Assembly: GCA_965116925.1 (NCBI GenBank)
Contig: OZ220744.1
Coordinates: 5,824,001-5,888,000, forward strand
DNA: 64,000 nt
Origin: Candidatus Poribacteria bacterium
Lineage (GTDB): Bacteria > Poribacteria > WGA-4E > PCPOR2b
Direction of reading: 5' to 3'
The translations under genes and the position numbers were made by a program. The notes below the pieces were generated by a model that saw nothing but the letters and a program-made list of their open reading frames with translations, was not told the origin of the DNA and did no database searches. This document shows, one piece after another, positions 9,112-18,238 of this stretch (its first letter is position 1; each line of letters begins with the position of its first letter).

Positions 9112-11838
9112 GTGAATATATTCCATAGGTTTGTCGCTTATGTGGCACAGCTTCTTAACACGCTTGCATTCTGGCGGCGGTGGAAAGAAGAGCGAATTCG
9201 GCTTGAGCACTTAGAGGAACGTCGGAAAGAGGAGGAACGTTTGCGTGCACGCTTGGAGGAGGAACGTCGAAAAGAAGAGGAACGTTTGCGTGCACGCTTG
9301 GAGGAACGTCGAAAAGAAAAGGGGCGTTTGCTTGAGTGCTTGCGAGAACATTTTAAAACGGATTTTCTAACGGCTTACGATTTCTATCGCACTCACTGTA
9401 CTACTCACATATCATTTGAGGAGTATAACACCGAAAAAATCAATTATGTACAGTCTTGGGCAGAAGAGTTCTTAGATCCCAAAGATCCTAAACCAGACCC
9501 TGAACAGGCAGCAGCGATTGGTGCTGTTGATGGTAATGTACAAGTTATCGCTCGGGCGGGTAGTGGCAAAACCGCCACTTTGGTCAATCGTGCACTCTTC
9601 TTGCAACAGCACTGCCGGGTCAATGCGAACGAACTGTTGCTTTTAGCATTTAATAAAAAGGCAGCAGAGGAGATGAAAGAGCGGATAGGCACTCTTCCCC
9701 ACGTTATGACGTTTCACGCATTGGCTTACGCCCTGGTTCAGCCTAAAAACATACTTATCGACGAGCCTGATGGCGGACAAAGTCAAAGCCGAGCTTTACA
9801 AGAGGTGGTTAATCAATATCTATCTGATCCGGATTATACCGACCAGATTCGTGATCTAATGATAGAACACTTCCGTGATGACTGGGAACAGCACGAGGAT
9901 TGGAAACGTATCATTTCGGAAGGATATGGTCCTGAAGCCGCAGCAATACTGTGCTATCGCCGTTCATTGACGAGGGAAACGCTGGATGGGAAATATGTAA
10001 AATCGTTTGGAGAGAAAGTTATTGCCAACTTCCTGTTTGAACACGATATTGACTACAAGTACGAGTGGGCGTTCTCGTGGGACGGTCGTAACTATCACCC
10101 CGACTTCACGATTTTCATCCGTAGCAATAGGGGCATAATCATCGAATACTTCGGAATGAAAGGCGATCCCGAGTATGATGCCATGTCAGAGGACAAGCGC
10201 AACTATTGGCGTCACACGCCCGGTTGGGAATTGATTGAATTGTTCCCCTTTCAACTAGCAAAAAAGGGCATCGAAGGGTTTTGTGATTTATTAAAAGAAA
10301 AGCTTGAGGCCCACGCAATTTCGTGTAATCGGCTCAGCGAAGAGGAAATATGGGATAAAATTGAAGATCGCTCCATAGATCGTTTCACCAAAGCCGCTAT
10401 TGGCTTTATCCAGCGCTGCAGAAAACTCGCTTTGATCCCCGACAAACTCTCGGAAAAAATAGATAACTATCAGTGCGTCAGTGAGGTCGAGGCGCAGTTC
10501 TTAAGTCTTATGCAACCGCTTTATGCGGCTTATCTAGAACATCTTCAATCATTAGAAGCGGAAGCGGAAGATTTTGATGGTCTGCTGCAGAAAGCGGCGG
10601 AACTCGTTTTCGCAGGCAAGACGGATTTTCGGCGCAAATCTGGCAACGGCGATTTGAAACAGATTCGGTTCGTGATGATTGATGAGTACCAAGATTTCTC
10701 GGAACTTTTCTATCGGTTGATGGATGCCGTTCGTGAACAGAATCCGCGCGTCCGGTTCTTCTGTGTCGGTGATGACTGGCAAGCAATTAACGGATTTGCT
10801 GGTTCAGATCTTCGTTTCTTCCAAAACTTTGAACAGCTTTTCGAGGAGGCACACACACTACCCGTAGCTACAAATTACCGCTCAACGCAGTCGATCGTTG
10901 ATGTCGGTAACGCATTGATGCAGGGGCAAGGCACACCGGCACGCGCCTATAAACGGGTAACCGGCAAAGTCGAAATTGCTGACCTTGCTACCTTCGGAAT
11001 GACTCCCCAAGAAGTAAAAGACCATTCCGATGATAAGCTAACCCCTGCTATATTACGCTTGGTGAACAAGGCTATCAGCAACAACAAAGCGGTTGTCTTA
11101 CTTAGTCGCACGAATAGGCTGCCGTGGAACATTCATTATGAAGATAATGAGACATCACCAGTCGTAGATAAACTTGAGAAGTTTCTTGAATTATTGCGTT
11201 CTCGCCTTCCCAAAGACCGAGCGGAGAAAGTTGATATATTAACAGCTCACAAATCCAAAGGGCTTCAGGGCAATGTTGTTATCGTGCTTGATGCTATCCC
11301 TAAGTGTTACCCGTTAATTCATCCCGATTCAATTTTTACCCGCATTTTTGGAACTACCATTGAGCGTATCACTGCTGAAGAACGCCGCCTCTTTTATGTT
11401 GCACTGACCCGAGCTGAGCAGGATCTTTTTATCTTGACCGAAGCTGACAACGTCTCACCATTTCTTGAGGATTTAGAATGCAAAATTGAGATGTCTCGGT
11501 TGGTATGGTCAGACTATCCTGCGCCCGTGCCGTCCGACGCTATTATAACTATCCGTGTTGGCAACCAAGAGGGAGGTGTTGGAAAGGGTACTTATGATAT
11601 TAAAAACGACCTCCGGGCCGAGGGCTATCGTTGGGACCGTGATTCAAAAGTCTGGCACACAACTGTACCTGCAGTGGAATTCTCATTGGCAGAATTCCAA
11701 CATAACGCAAAGTGGCGTGATGATGCTGAGGGCATCGAAGTCCGGTTTTATAATTATTCGGACAAGGAAATTGGACGATACCACGTTGACAACGACCAAT
11801 GGAGGCGCGTTGCTATTGAGAGTGACCGTTTCCCATAG
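9112..11838 (+). CDS. UvrD/HelD (helicase IV)-like SF1 helicase with inserted PD-(D/E)xK nuclease domain and DUF5710-like C-terminus
   Basis: ARAGSGKT, IDEYQD, VGDDWQAI, NYRS, TAHKSKG, EERRLFYVALTRA; insert KSFGEKVIANFL..YEW..PDF..IIEYFG; GTG start with RBS at 9112 preferred over 9010. Confidence 0.85.
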   Translation: MNIFHRFVAYVAQLLNTLAFWRRWKEERIRLEHLEERRKEEERLRARLEEERRKEEERLRARLEERRKEKGRLLECLREHFKTDFLTAYDFYRTHCTTHISFEEYNTEKINYVQSWAEEFLDPKDPKPDPEQAAAIGAVDGNVQVIARAGSGKTATLVNRALFLQQHCRVNANELLLLAFNKKAAEEMKERIGTLPHVMTFHALAYALVQPKNILIDEPDGGQSQSRALQEVVNQYLSDPDYTDQIRDLMIEHFRDDWEQHEDWKRIISEGYGPEAAAILCYRRSLTRETLDGKYVKSFGEKVIANFLFEHDIDYKYEWAFSWDGRNYHPDFTIFIRSNRGIIIEYFGMKGDPEYDAMSEDKRNYWRHTPGWELIELFPFQLAKKGIEGFCDLLKEKLEAHAISCNRLSEEEIWDKIEDRSIDRFTKAAIGFIQRCRKLALIPDKLSEKIDNYQCVSEVEAQFLSLMQPLYAAYLEHLQSLEAEAEDFDGLLQKAAELVFAGKTDFRRKSGNGDLKQIRFVMIDEYQDFSELFYRLMDAVREQNPRVRFFCVGDDWQAINGFAGSDLRFFQNFEQLFEEAHTLPVATNYRSTQSIVDVGNALMQGQGTPARAYKRVTGKVEIADLATFGMTPQEVKDHSDDKLTPAILRLVNKAISNNKAVVLLSRTNRLPWNIHYEDNETSPVVDKLEKFLELLRSRLPKDRAEKVDILTAHKSKGLQGNVVIVLDAIPKCYPLIHPDSIFTRIFGTTIERITAEERRLFYVALTRAEQDLFILTEADNVSPFLEDLECKIEMSRLVWSDYPAPVPSDAIITIRVGNQEGGVGKGTYDIKNDLRAEGYRWDRDSKVWHTTVPAVEFSLAEFQHNAKWRDDAEGIEVRFYNYSDKEIGRYHVDNDQWRRVAIESDRFP
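9214..9320 (+). repeat. In-frame tandem repeat encoding EERRKEEERLRARL coiled coil
   Basis: gaggaacgtcgaaaagaagaggaacgtttgcgtgcacgcttg repeated about 2.5 times. Confidence 0.8.
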
Positions 11839-11870
11839 AATAAGTTTATCTTCGTCAGACTGAAACCAAT

Positions 11871-13301
11871 ATGAATTGGAAAGACAAAACAATCTTCATA
11901 GGCGACAATCTCCACATTATGCGGGGAATGAATAGCGATACTGTCGATCTTATCTATCTCGATCCACCGTTCAATTCTAACCGTAACTATGCCGCCCCCA
12001 TCGGAAGCCAAGCCGCCGGTGCCGCCTTCAAAGATACCTGGACACTCAGTGATATTGATGAAGCTGAGCATGGCGAGTTAGCCGAGCAAGCACCATCCCT
12101 ACACACTGTGATACAAGCTGCACGAGAGGCACATGGAAAGGGGATGCAGAGCTACCTCATCATGATGTCCACCCGCCTACTGGAGATGGAACGTATCCTG
12201 AAAGACACCGGCAGCATCTATCTTCACTGTGATTCGACAGCCAGCCATTATCTGAAACTGGTGATGGATACGGTATTTGGCAAGAATAACTTTCAGAATG
12301 AGGTGATTTGGAAGCGGACCTCCGCACACAACGATCCCGGTAGATTCGGGCGTATCCATGATACTCTCCTTTTCTATGTCAAGAGTCCGGGCGTGACGTG
12401 GAATCTACAATACGAACCACACGAAGAAAGCTACATTGAAAAATTCTATCGTCATAAGGATGCACATGGGCGGTATCAAACGGGTGATCTCACAGGTTCA
12501 GAAACGCGCACAGGGGAATCGGGCGAACCGTGGCGTGACTTCGACCCTACGGGTATTGGACGACATTGGGCTGTGCCAAGCACTGGCAAGTATGCCGAAT
12601 ATATCGAAAAACATTTCATTCCAAACTATGGACAAATATCGGGTGTACATGACCGTCTGAATGCCCTTGATGAAGTAGGACTCATTCATTGGCCGGAGAA
12701 GGGAACGATGCCAAGACTCAAACGATATCTGGACGCCACTCCGGGGCGTCCGCTGCAAGATATAATCGTTGACATCAAGCAGATCGGGGCAGGGGCCAAA
12801 GAACGCACAGGCTATCCCACGCAGAAACCATTAGCACTGCTTGAGCGCATCATCAAAGCCAGTAGCAATCCTGGCGATGTTGTGTTTGACCCTTTCTGTG
12901 GGTGTGCGACGACATTAGTGGCAGCCGACAGGTTACAACGGTCATGGGTAGGGATTGACATCTCACCAAAAGCAGCGGAGTTAGTCATTACCCGTATTAG
13001 GAATGATCAGGGGCTATTTCACGAAATTATCGCCCGCGACGACTACCCAAGTCGCACTGATATGAGCGATATTCCGCCCGCCCGAACGCATAAGCACACG
13101 TTGTATGGATTGCAGGAGGGAATCTGTGGAGGCTGTGAGATCCACTTCCCATTTCGGAATCTGACCATTGATCACAAGATTCCGCGAAGTAGAGGTGGGA
13201 CCGACCACTTTGAAAATTTGTGGCTGTTGTGCGGTGCTTGCAACTCACTAAAGGGAACAGGAACAGTCGCAGAGCTACGGGCGAGGTTAGAAAGGAATTA
13301 A
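11871..13301 (+). CDS. Beta-class N6A/N4C DNA methyltransferase fused to C-terminal HNH endonuclease
   Basis: DPPF, YPTQKP, DPFCGCATT; C-terminal CGGC..IDHKIPRSRGG..NLWLLCGACN. Confidence 0.9.
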   Translation: MNWKDKTIFIGDNLHIMRGMNSDTVDLIYLDPPFNSNRNYAAPIGSQAAGAAFKDTWTLSDIDEAEHGELAEQAPSLHTVIQAAREAHGKGMQSYLIMMSTRLLEMERILKDTGSIYLHCDSTASHYLKLVMDTVFGKNNFQNEVIWKRTSAHNDPGRFGRIHDTLLFYVKSPGVTWNLQYEPHEESYIEKFYRHKDAHGRYQTGDLTGSETRTGESGEPWRDFDPTGIGRHWAVPSTGKYAEYIEKHFIPNYGQISGVHDRLNALDEVGLIHWPEKGTMPRLKRYLDATPGRPLQDIIVDIKQIGAGAKERTGYPTQKPLALLERIIKASSNPGDVVFDPFCGCATTLVAADRLQRSWVGIDISPKAAELVITRIRNDQGLFHEIIARDDYPSRTDMSDIPPARTHKHTLYGLQEGICGGCEIHFPFRNLTIDHKIPRSRGGTDHFENLWLLCGACNSLKGTGTVAELRARLERN

Positions 13302-13350
13302 GTTTGAGTATTCAGGATCATTACACAGGAATCATTACCTTCAATCGCAC

Positions 13351-13379
13351 TTGCGTTTGACGAAAATTAATGTTACCAT
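13351..13379 (+). promoter_or_regulatory. Candidate sigma70 promoter for the leader/AbiJ-like gene
   Basis: TTGCGT-17 bp-TACCAT with TG extension. Confidence 0.4.
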
Positions 13380-13391
13380 TTTCTTAGAATG

Positions 13392-13503
13392 AAAACAGAA
13401 AACCCGGCGTTTAAGCCGGGTTCCTGTGATAGTTAAACAAACTGGAGTGGGCACTCCAATCTGCCGAAGGGGTATAGGATTCTATAGTCCATCCCCCTCT
13501 ATT
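13392..13503 (-). ncRNA. Candidate ~110 nt structured small RNA (antisense to the AbiJ-like leader)
   Basis: Extended -10 TGCTAAAAT (13518-13510), three hairpins, terminator AACCCGGC-loop-GCCGGGTT followed by TTCTGTTTT on the minus strand. Confidence 0.4.
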
Positions 13504-13527
13504 TTTATAATTTTAGCATAAATAATA

Positions 13528-14892
13528 CTAAAGTTTAGACAATTTTTATTTTCTTGATGTAGCCGTATCAAGGGTTTGTTGAATATCGTCGGCATTGATG
13601 TTTTTACCGAACATCGCAGAAACTAATCGGTTTTCCATTAAAGCCCGTAGATACCGCACCATCAACCCGCGTGTCAACTTAGCGGGTCGATACCAATCAA
13701 TGCCCAATGTCTGAGTTACCTGCTCGATGGTTACCGGCGTGTCAGTATGGGAAGTGACAGCGAATAACAGTTGGGTCATGCAACTGGCTATGAAACTGAG
13801 TTGGACAAACCGATTGATACTTTTTCGACACTTGACCCGATAGGTGTCAAATCCGAAGTGTTGCTTGGTGTCCCGAAAGGCGGTCTCAATCAACCATCTC
13901 TTTTGGTAGTATCGAACAATCTGCGGTAAATCTAGAGTTAAGTCAGTGGTAAAGACACAGAAGTATCGAAACGGCTTACGCCTTTTGTCACGCGTTCGCA
14001 TCACCACGACCCGAACGGGTTGTGGACACATTTTGGTTCGGGCGACTATACTTGCTATGGCATACTGTTTGTCGTCAATGTCAGTCGTTTTATACCGCAG
14101 ATACGGCAGATGAATCCGTTTGCCGTATCTCTTAGGTCTGCCGGGTTTGGATTGCTTGGCAGCGGTAGGTAACCGATAGAACACTGCATTCGACTTGGCA
14201 CGACACAACAGGTGATGTCCCGCTTTAAGGACACAGCCAAACACTTTCTGTCGAGCGAATCCCCGGTCAAAGATAATCAGTCCCGCAGGGATGCGGCTGC
14301 ACATCCGTTTGAGGACTGACTCACTAGTGTCGCGCTTTGTCTGTGGACACATCAACTTGACAAACACCGGAAAAAGTATCGTCTCGTGGACGGTGCTACA
14401 AAGTAATCCCAATGCACCAAACTGATGACCATGGTGAAACTTCGATTGATTCGTGTTGCGTGTGTGATAGCGATGGTTCCTGAAAAAATGAAGTCCAAAT
14501 TGTGTCTCGCCGGTCTTTCGTGCGTGCGTCTCATCGTAAACGTAGACCCAGTTATCGAAACACCTCTGTAACAACTTCAGCAGATGGTGACCGACTCTAT
14601 CGGCGTCCCACTTGCCACGCGAAAGGAACTTCACCAGCGAGTGGTAACCCGTTTTCGGACGAACCGCTTGATAAATGCCGGTCAGCGTCGCACCTTCGCG
14701 CTGTGTGATAAGTCCCACAACAAAGACACAAAACAGATGAAAGTTTTGAGACTTGAATAACGGACGAAAATCGGTTAAAATAGCATTCAGGCAGAATATG
14801 AGGTACATAACTTCTCCTTTCAAAATTGTGATGGATTTCTGAAAGGATAACCTCTTTTCTGCCTTTTTGCATTAAAATTGTCTAAACTTTAG
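13528..14892 (-). mobile_element. Complete insertion sequence, IS4/IS701-like DDE
   Basis: 19-bp perfect TIR CTAAAGTTTAGACAATTTT; 9-bp TSD TAAATAATA at 13519-13527 and 14893-14901. Confidence 0.9.
13546..14823 (-). CDS. DDE transposase (IS4/IS701-like)
   Basis: YDET, FDRGF, YQKRWLIETAFRDTKQHFG (YREK-like). Confidence 0.9.
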   Translation of the reverse strand: MKGEVMYLIFCLNAILTDFRPLFKSQNFHLFCVFVVGLITQREGATLTGIYQAVRPKTGYHSLVKFLSRGKWDADRVGHHLLKLLQRCFDNWVYVYDETHARKTGETQFGLHFFRNHRYHTRNTNQSKFHHGHQFGALGLLCSTVHETILFPVFVKLMCPQTKRDTSESVLKRMCSRIPAGLIIFDRGFARQKVFGCVLKAGHHLLCRAKSNAVFYRLPTAAKQSKPGRPKRYGKRIHLPYLRYKTTDIDDKQYAIASIVARTKMCPQPVRVVVMRTRDKRRKPFRYFCVFTTDLTLDLPQIVRYYQKRWLIETAFRDTKQHFGFDTYRVKCRKSINRFVQLSFIASCMTQLLFAVTSHTDTPVTIEQVTQTLGIDWYRPAKLTRGLMVRYLRALMENRLVSAMFGKNINADDIQQTLDTATSRK

Positions 14893-14933
14893 TAAATAAT
14901 ATAAAAAAGGCAAATATTTTTTTCAACACTCAG

Positions 14934-14968
14934 GAGGCAGCCCCTAAATATCAGGAGCTGCCTTTTTT
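14934..14968 (+). terminator. Intrinsic terminator/attenuator just upstream of the AbiJ-like RBS
   Basis: AGGCAGC-loop-GCTGCCT followed by a T run, then AAGGAG RBS. Confidence 0.6.
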
Positions 14969-15298
14969 ATTAAAAGGAGTGGAACAATATGCCAATCTAT
15001 GACATTTTCTCAAAACGCGAGAAGCGTCTTCGGGGCGAATTGCCCGACGTGTACGAGTACGAAACCATACCTAAAGCGTTAAGGATTCAGGTCCTCCATA
15101 TCTGGAGTGATGTTCACGGCCCTGATGATCCATACAGGGACAGCATGCGAGCGTACCGACACATTAGCAGTGTGCTATGCCGTGAATACGGCTGGTTCAG
15201 ACTTGCAGAAGCTATTAATCTCTTTGAATCAGTCCGACGCTTTTTCCTTGGCACACAGAATACAAAAGAGGCAATTGATGTCATTGAAGTTTCATTTA

Positions 15299-16203
15299 TA
15301 GTAAACCCAAGAAATAAAGGGACACTATTTCAGAAGTATGTTATCCTATTTGTATTATGGCACATTCATCAGATTTACGCACCCGCGTCCTTCAATTCAT
15401 AGAAAATGGTGGCAGTAAAACAGAAGCGGCAAAACGGTTCAAAGTCGGTCGAACTGCGATTTACCGATGGCTCAATGACCCAGACCCACTCACACCGGGC
15501 AAACCGGGTCCCACAAAACCGAGACTGCTTGACCCAACGGCACTAGCTGAACATGTCAAGGCACACCCTGACCAAACCCTTAAAGAACGCGCTCAACACT
15601 TTGGGGTTTCACCGGCCTGTGTCGGCTATGGACTCAAAAGACTCGGCTACACGCGGAAAAAAAACGTTTGGATATAAGGAGCAATGTCCAGAAAAACGAC
15701 AAGCCTATCAGGAGCAACTCGCAGGAGCAAAAGCATCAGGCAAAACGCTGATTTACCTCGACGAGACCGGTTTTACAGATGAAACCTTTAGAAGTTATGG
15801 CTATGCCCCCCGGGGGCAATGTGTCCATGGGTTGATACCCAGCCAAAAGACCCGGACTACCACTTTGATAGTGGCGCAACTGAATAATAAGTTGATTGCC
15901 CCAAAGTTACTATCGGGCAGTTGTAATGCACAAAGGTTTAATACATGGCTCGATGAAGAGTTATCACCACATTTAGATGCCAACAGTCTCGTGATAATGG
16001 ATAATGCACGGATTCACAAGACCACTGAGACCCAAGCATTGATACAACGTTGTGGCGCATCGTTGTTATACTTGCCCCCGTATTCGCCGGATTATAATCC
16101 CGTTGAACATCAGTTTGCTAATATAAAGAGGCACCGTTCATATAATCCTGATAAGCCCATTGAGGATATCATCAACATGTTTCGTTAATTGTTAAATCTA
16201 CTA
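15299..16203 (+). mobile_element. IS630-family element
   Basis: TA duplication at 15297-98 and 16204-05; ends TAGTAAACCCAAGAAATAA / TTAATTGTTAAATCTACTA. Confidence 0.9.
15357..16188 (+). CDS. IS630 transposase: HTH ORF 15357-15677 plus DDE ORF to 16188, joined by probable -1 frameshift at the A8 run near 15657-15664
   Basis: MAHSSDLRTRV HTH, YTRKK; YLDETGF, MDNARIH, LPPYSPDYNPVE. Confidence 0.88.
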
Positions 16204-16836
16204 TAGGTACATAGATAAAACTGTCCGCAATCGTGCTGATTTATTCCTTAAGCGAAAAATTTCACCTGATGAAGCCATTGAGGAACTGAATTATCGGTCC
16301 CAAGAGCACGAAATAGGGTATCAGTATGCCTCCGGACAGATAATCCGAGTTGATTCTGAATTCATCCATTCTGAAATAGTGAAGCCCGTACTGGGTATGC
16401 TTTCAGATCCAATGTACGAAGGCGCAAATGAGGAATTTCTGAAAGCCCACAAACACTACCGAGCACAGAGATACGAAGAATGTATGAATGAGTGTTATAA
16501 AGCATTTGAGAGTTGCATCAAAGCGATTTGTGATAAAAGGGGATGGTCTTACGGTGATAAACATGGTCTCAAAGATCTGATTGATATTGTGTACGATGAA
16601 GAGCTAATTCCATCTTCCATGCAATCATACTTTTCAGCACTGAGGGGCACGTTGGAATCTGGTGCTTCTACTCTGCGTAATTGTCATTCGGGACATGGGC
16701 AAGGATCCAAAAAAATCACCGTTCCAGAACACATGGCTGCATACGTCCTTCACTTGACCGCATCAAACATTCTCTTTTTAGCGAAATCTAATGAGGAAAT
16801 AACAAACAATATTCCATTCTGATAGGAGGTTTATAG

Positions 16837-17580
16837 ATGTACGCGGAAAGTCCCTTCTGCAAACCACCACCTGATAACGCGGTATTGTGGCGATACATGG
16901 ACTTTACGAAATTTGTTTCCCTTTTGGAAACAAACCAGCTGTTTTTTGCACGAGCAGACAAGCTAGGCGATCCTTTTGAAGGTTCTTTCTCAAGAGGCAA
17001 CATAGAGCGACGTCCTATGTTGTATTCTGATCTGGAGAATCCTGAGGATGTCTTCACAACCATAGGTTGGTATGTGCGGGAGTTACGCCGGTTTACACTC
17101 ATTAGTTGCTGGCATGAAAATAGTAGTGAATCAGCAGGGATGTGGAAACTGTACTCTCGAGAAACAGATGGTATTGCTATCAAGACTGATTTCAATTCTT
17201 TCAAGCAGAGTTTGAAGAATAGTGAACATGTCTCTGTCGGACAAGTTCAGTACGTTGACTATGGACAAGCCTTTATTCCGGAAAACAACGGACTCGCTCC
17301 GTTTCTACACAAGCGACAGGATTTTAATCACGAGCGAGAAGTGAGAGCAATCATCCAAGAGCCACCTGTTAATGACGGAAAGTTCGATCCCTCCCAGGAT
17401 ATCTGTGATGTTGGCAAATATTACGAAGTTGATTTGTCCCTCCTAATCAAAGAAGTAGTGGTTGCGCCTTTTGCTGAAGATTGGTTCTTGGAACTCATTC
17501 AGTCAGTCATAGTTAATCGCTACAAATTCGATATGCCCGTCGTTAGATCTAATCTAGCCCAAAACCCTGTTTGGTATTAG
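16837..17580 (+). CDS. DUF2971-like hypothetical protein
   Basis: LWRYMDF..DPFEG..SCWH..ESAGMWKLYS..GIAI..KRQDFNHEREVR. Confidence 0.65.
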   Translation: MYAESPFCKPPPDNAVLWRYMDFTKFVSLLETNQLFFARADKLGDPFEGSFSRGNIERRPMLYSDLENPEDVFTTIGWYVRELRRFTLISCWHENSSESAGMWKLYSRETDGIAIKTDFNSFKQSLKNSEHVSVGQVQYVDYGQAFIPENNGLAPFLHKRQDFNHEREVRAIIQEPPVNDGKFDPSQDICDVGKYYEVDLSLLIKEVVVAPFAEDWFLELIQSVIVNRYKFDMPVVRSNLAQNPVWY

Positions 17581-17942
17581 GTTGTAGCAATTCTGAGGGA
17601 CAAGTAGAGACATAAGTTTTATCATTGCGAGTAAGTCAAGCATGGAAAAACAAGGCGGAATCTATGCACGCTATAGCCCCGGCAGGGACCGAGACCAGAC
17701 CTCAACAATAGAAGCTCAGGTCGCAATGTACCGCGAAAAAGCAGGAAACCGAAGTCCAAATCCGCTTCCATCCCCAACCCTTCCCAAAACTCCCCGACAT
17801 TAACACCTTCCGAGCCTAGCTCATCGAAGTGCTTGATGCCCCTGAAATATAAAAAAAAACCCATGAGCGGATTGATTCGGGGAATCGTTGTCCATCCGAT
17901 GGAGGCTTTGGAGATTCAGTATAGCCTTCAATTTTGACCTGA

Positions 17943-17996
17943 TAGCACTACGGAGAATCGAACCACGGTTTGATGGCTGAGAACCACCCGTCCTAA
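17943..17996 (-). pseudogene. tRNA-Glu(CTC) 3' remnant
   Basis: Minus strand TTAGGACGGGTGGTTCTCAGCCATCAAACCGTGGTTCGATTCTCCGTAGTGCTA: anticodon arm, TTCGA loop and acceptor 3' strand; 5' acceptor strand and D-arm missing; T-stem mismatch. Confidence 0.7.
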
Positions 17997-18238
17997 TCTC
18001 CTTTGCAAATTTCTATTCTTGACTTTGTTCTTCTTGTTCGACTACAATAATCAGGGCTTTAACTCTACGAGGCGCCCCTAGATGGTCTACTCGATTCGAT
18101 AACCCGTCCATCACTTTGGCATCGTTAGACCGGTTGGCACCTGTAATGGGAAAACAACTCAGAATTGAACTCGCGTAGCGAGCCGTCAGATTGACTAGCA
18201 GCGTCCGATGTTAAACCACGATCATAGAGGCACAGATT

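Larger units (their letters stand above)
14989..16822 (+). pseudogene. AbiJ-like/STM4504-family abortive-infection protein with HEPN-like C-terminus, interrupted by IS630
   Basis: Removing 15299-16205 rejoins an open 308-aa frame (..IEVSF-RYIDKTV..VKPVLGMLSDPMYEGANEEFLKAH..KAFES..LRNCHSGHGQG). Confidence 0.75.

Noticed and set aside
14989..15402. 137-aa ORF and the 147-aa ORF at 16379 as separate genes
   Set aside because: They are two halves of one gene split by IS630.
17622..17864. 80-aa minus-strand ORF
   Set aside because: No RBS or recognisable motif; likely spurious or a remnant.
8967..17996. Prophage or intact integrative element
   Set aside because: No integrase, structural or conjugation genes, and no second att copy seen.
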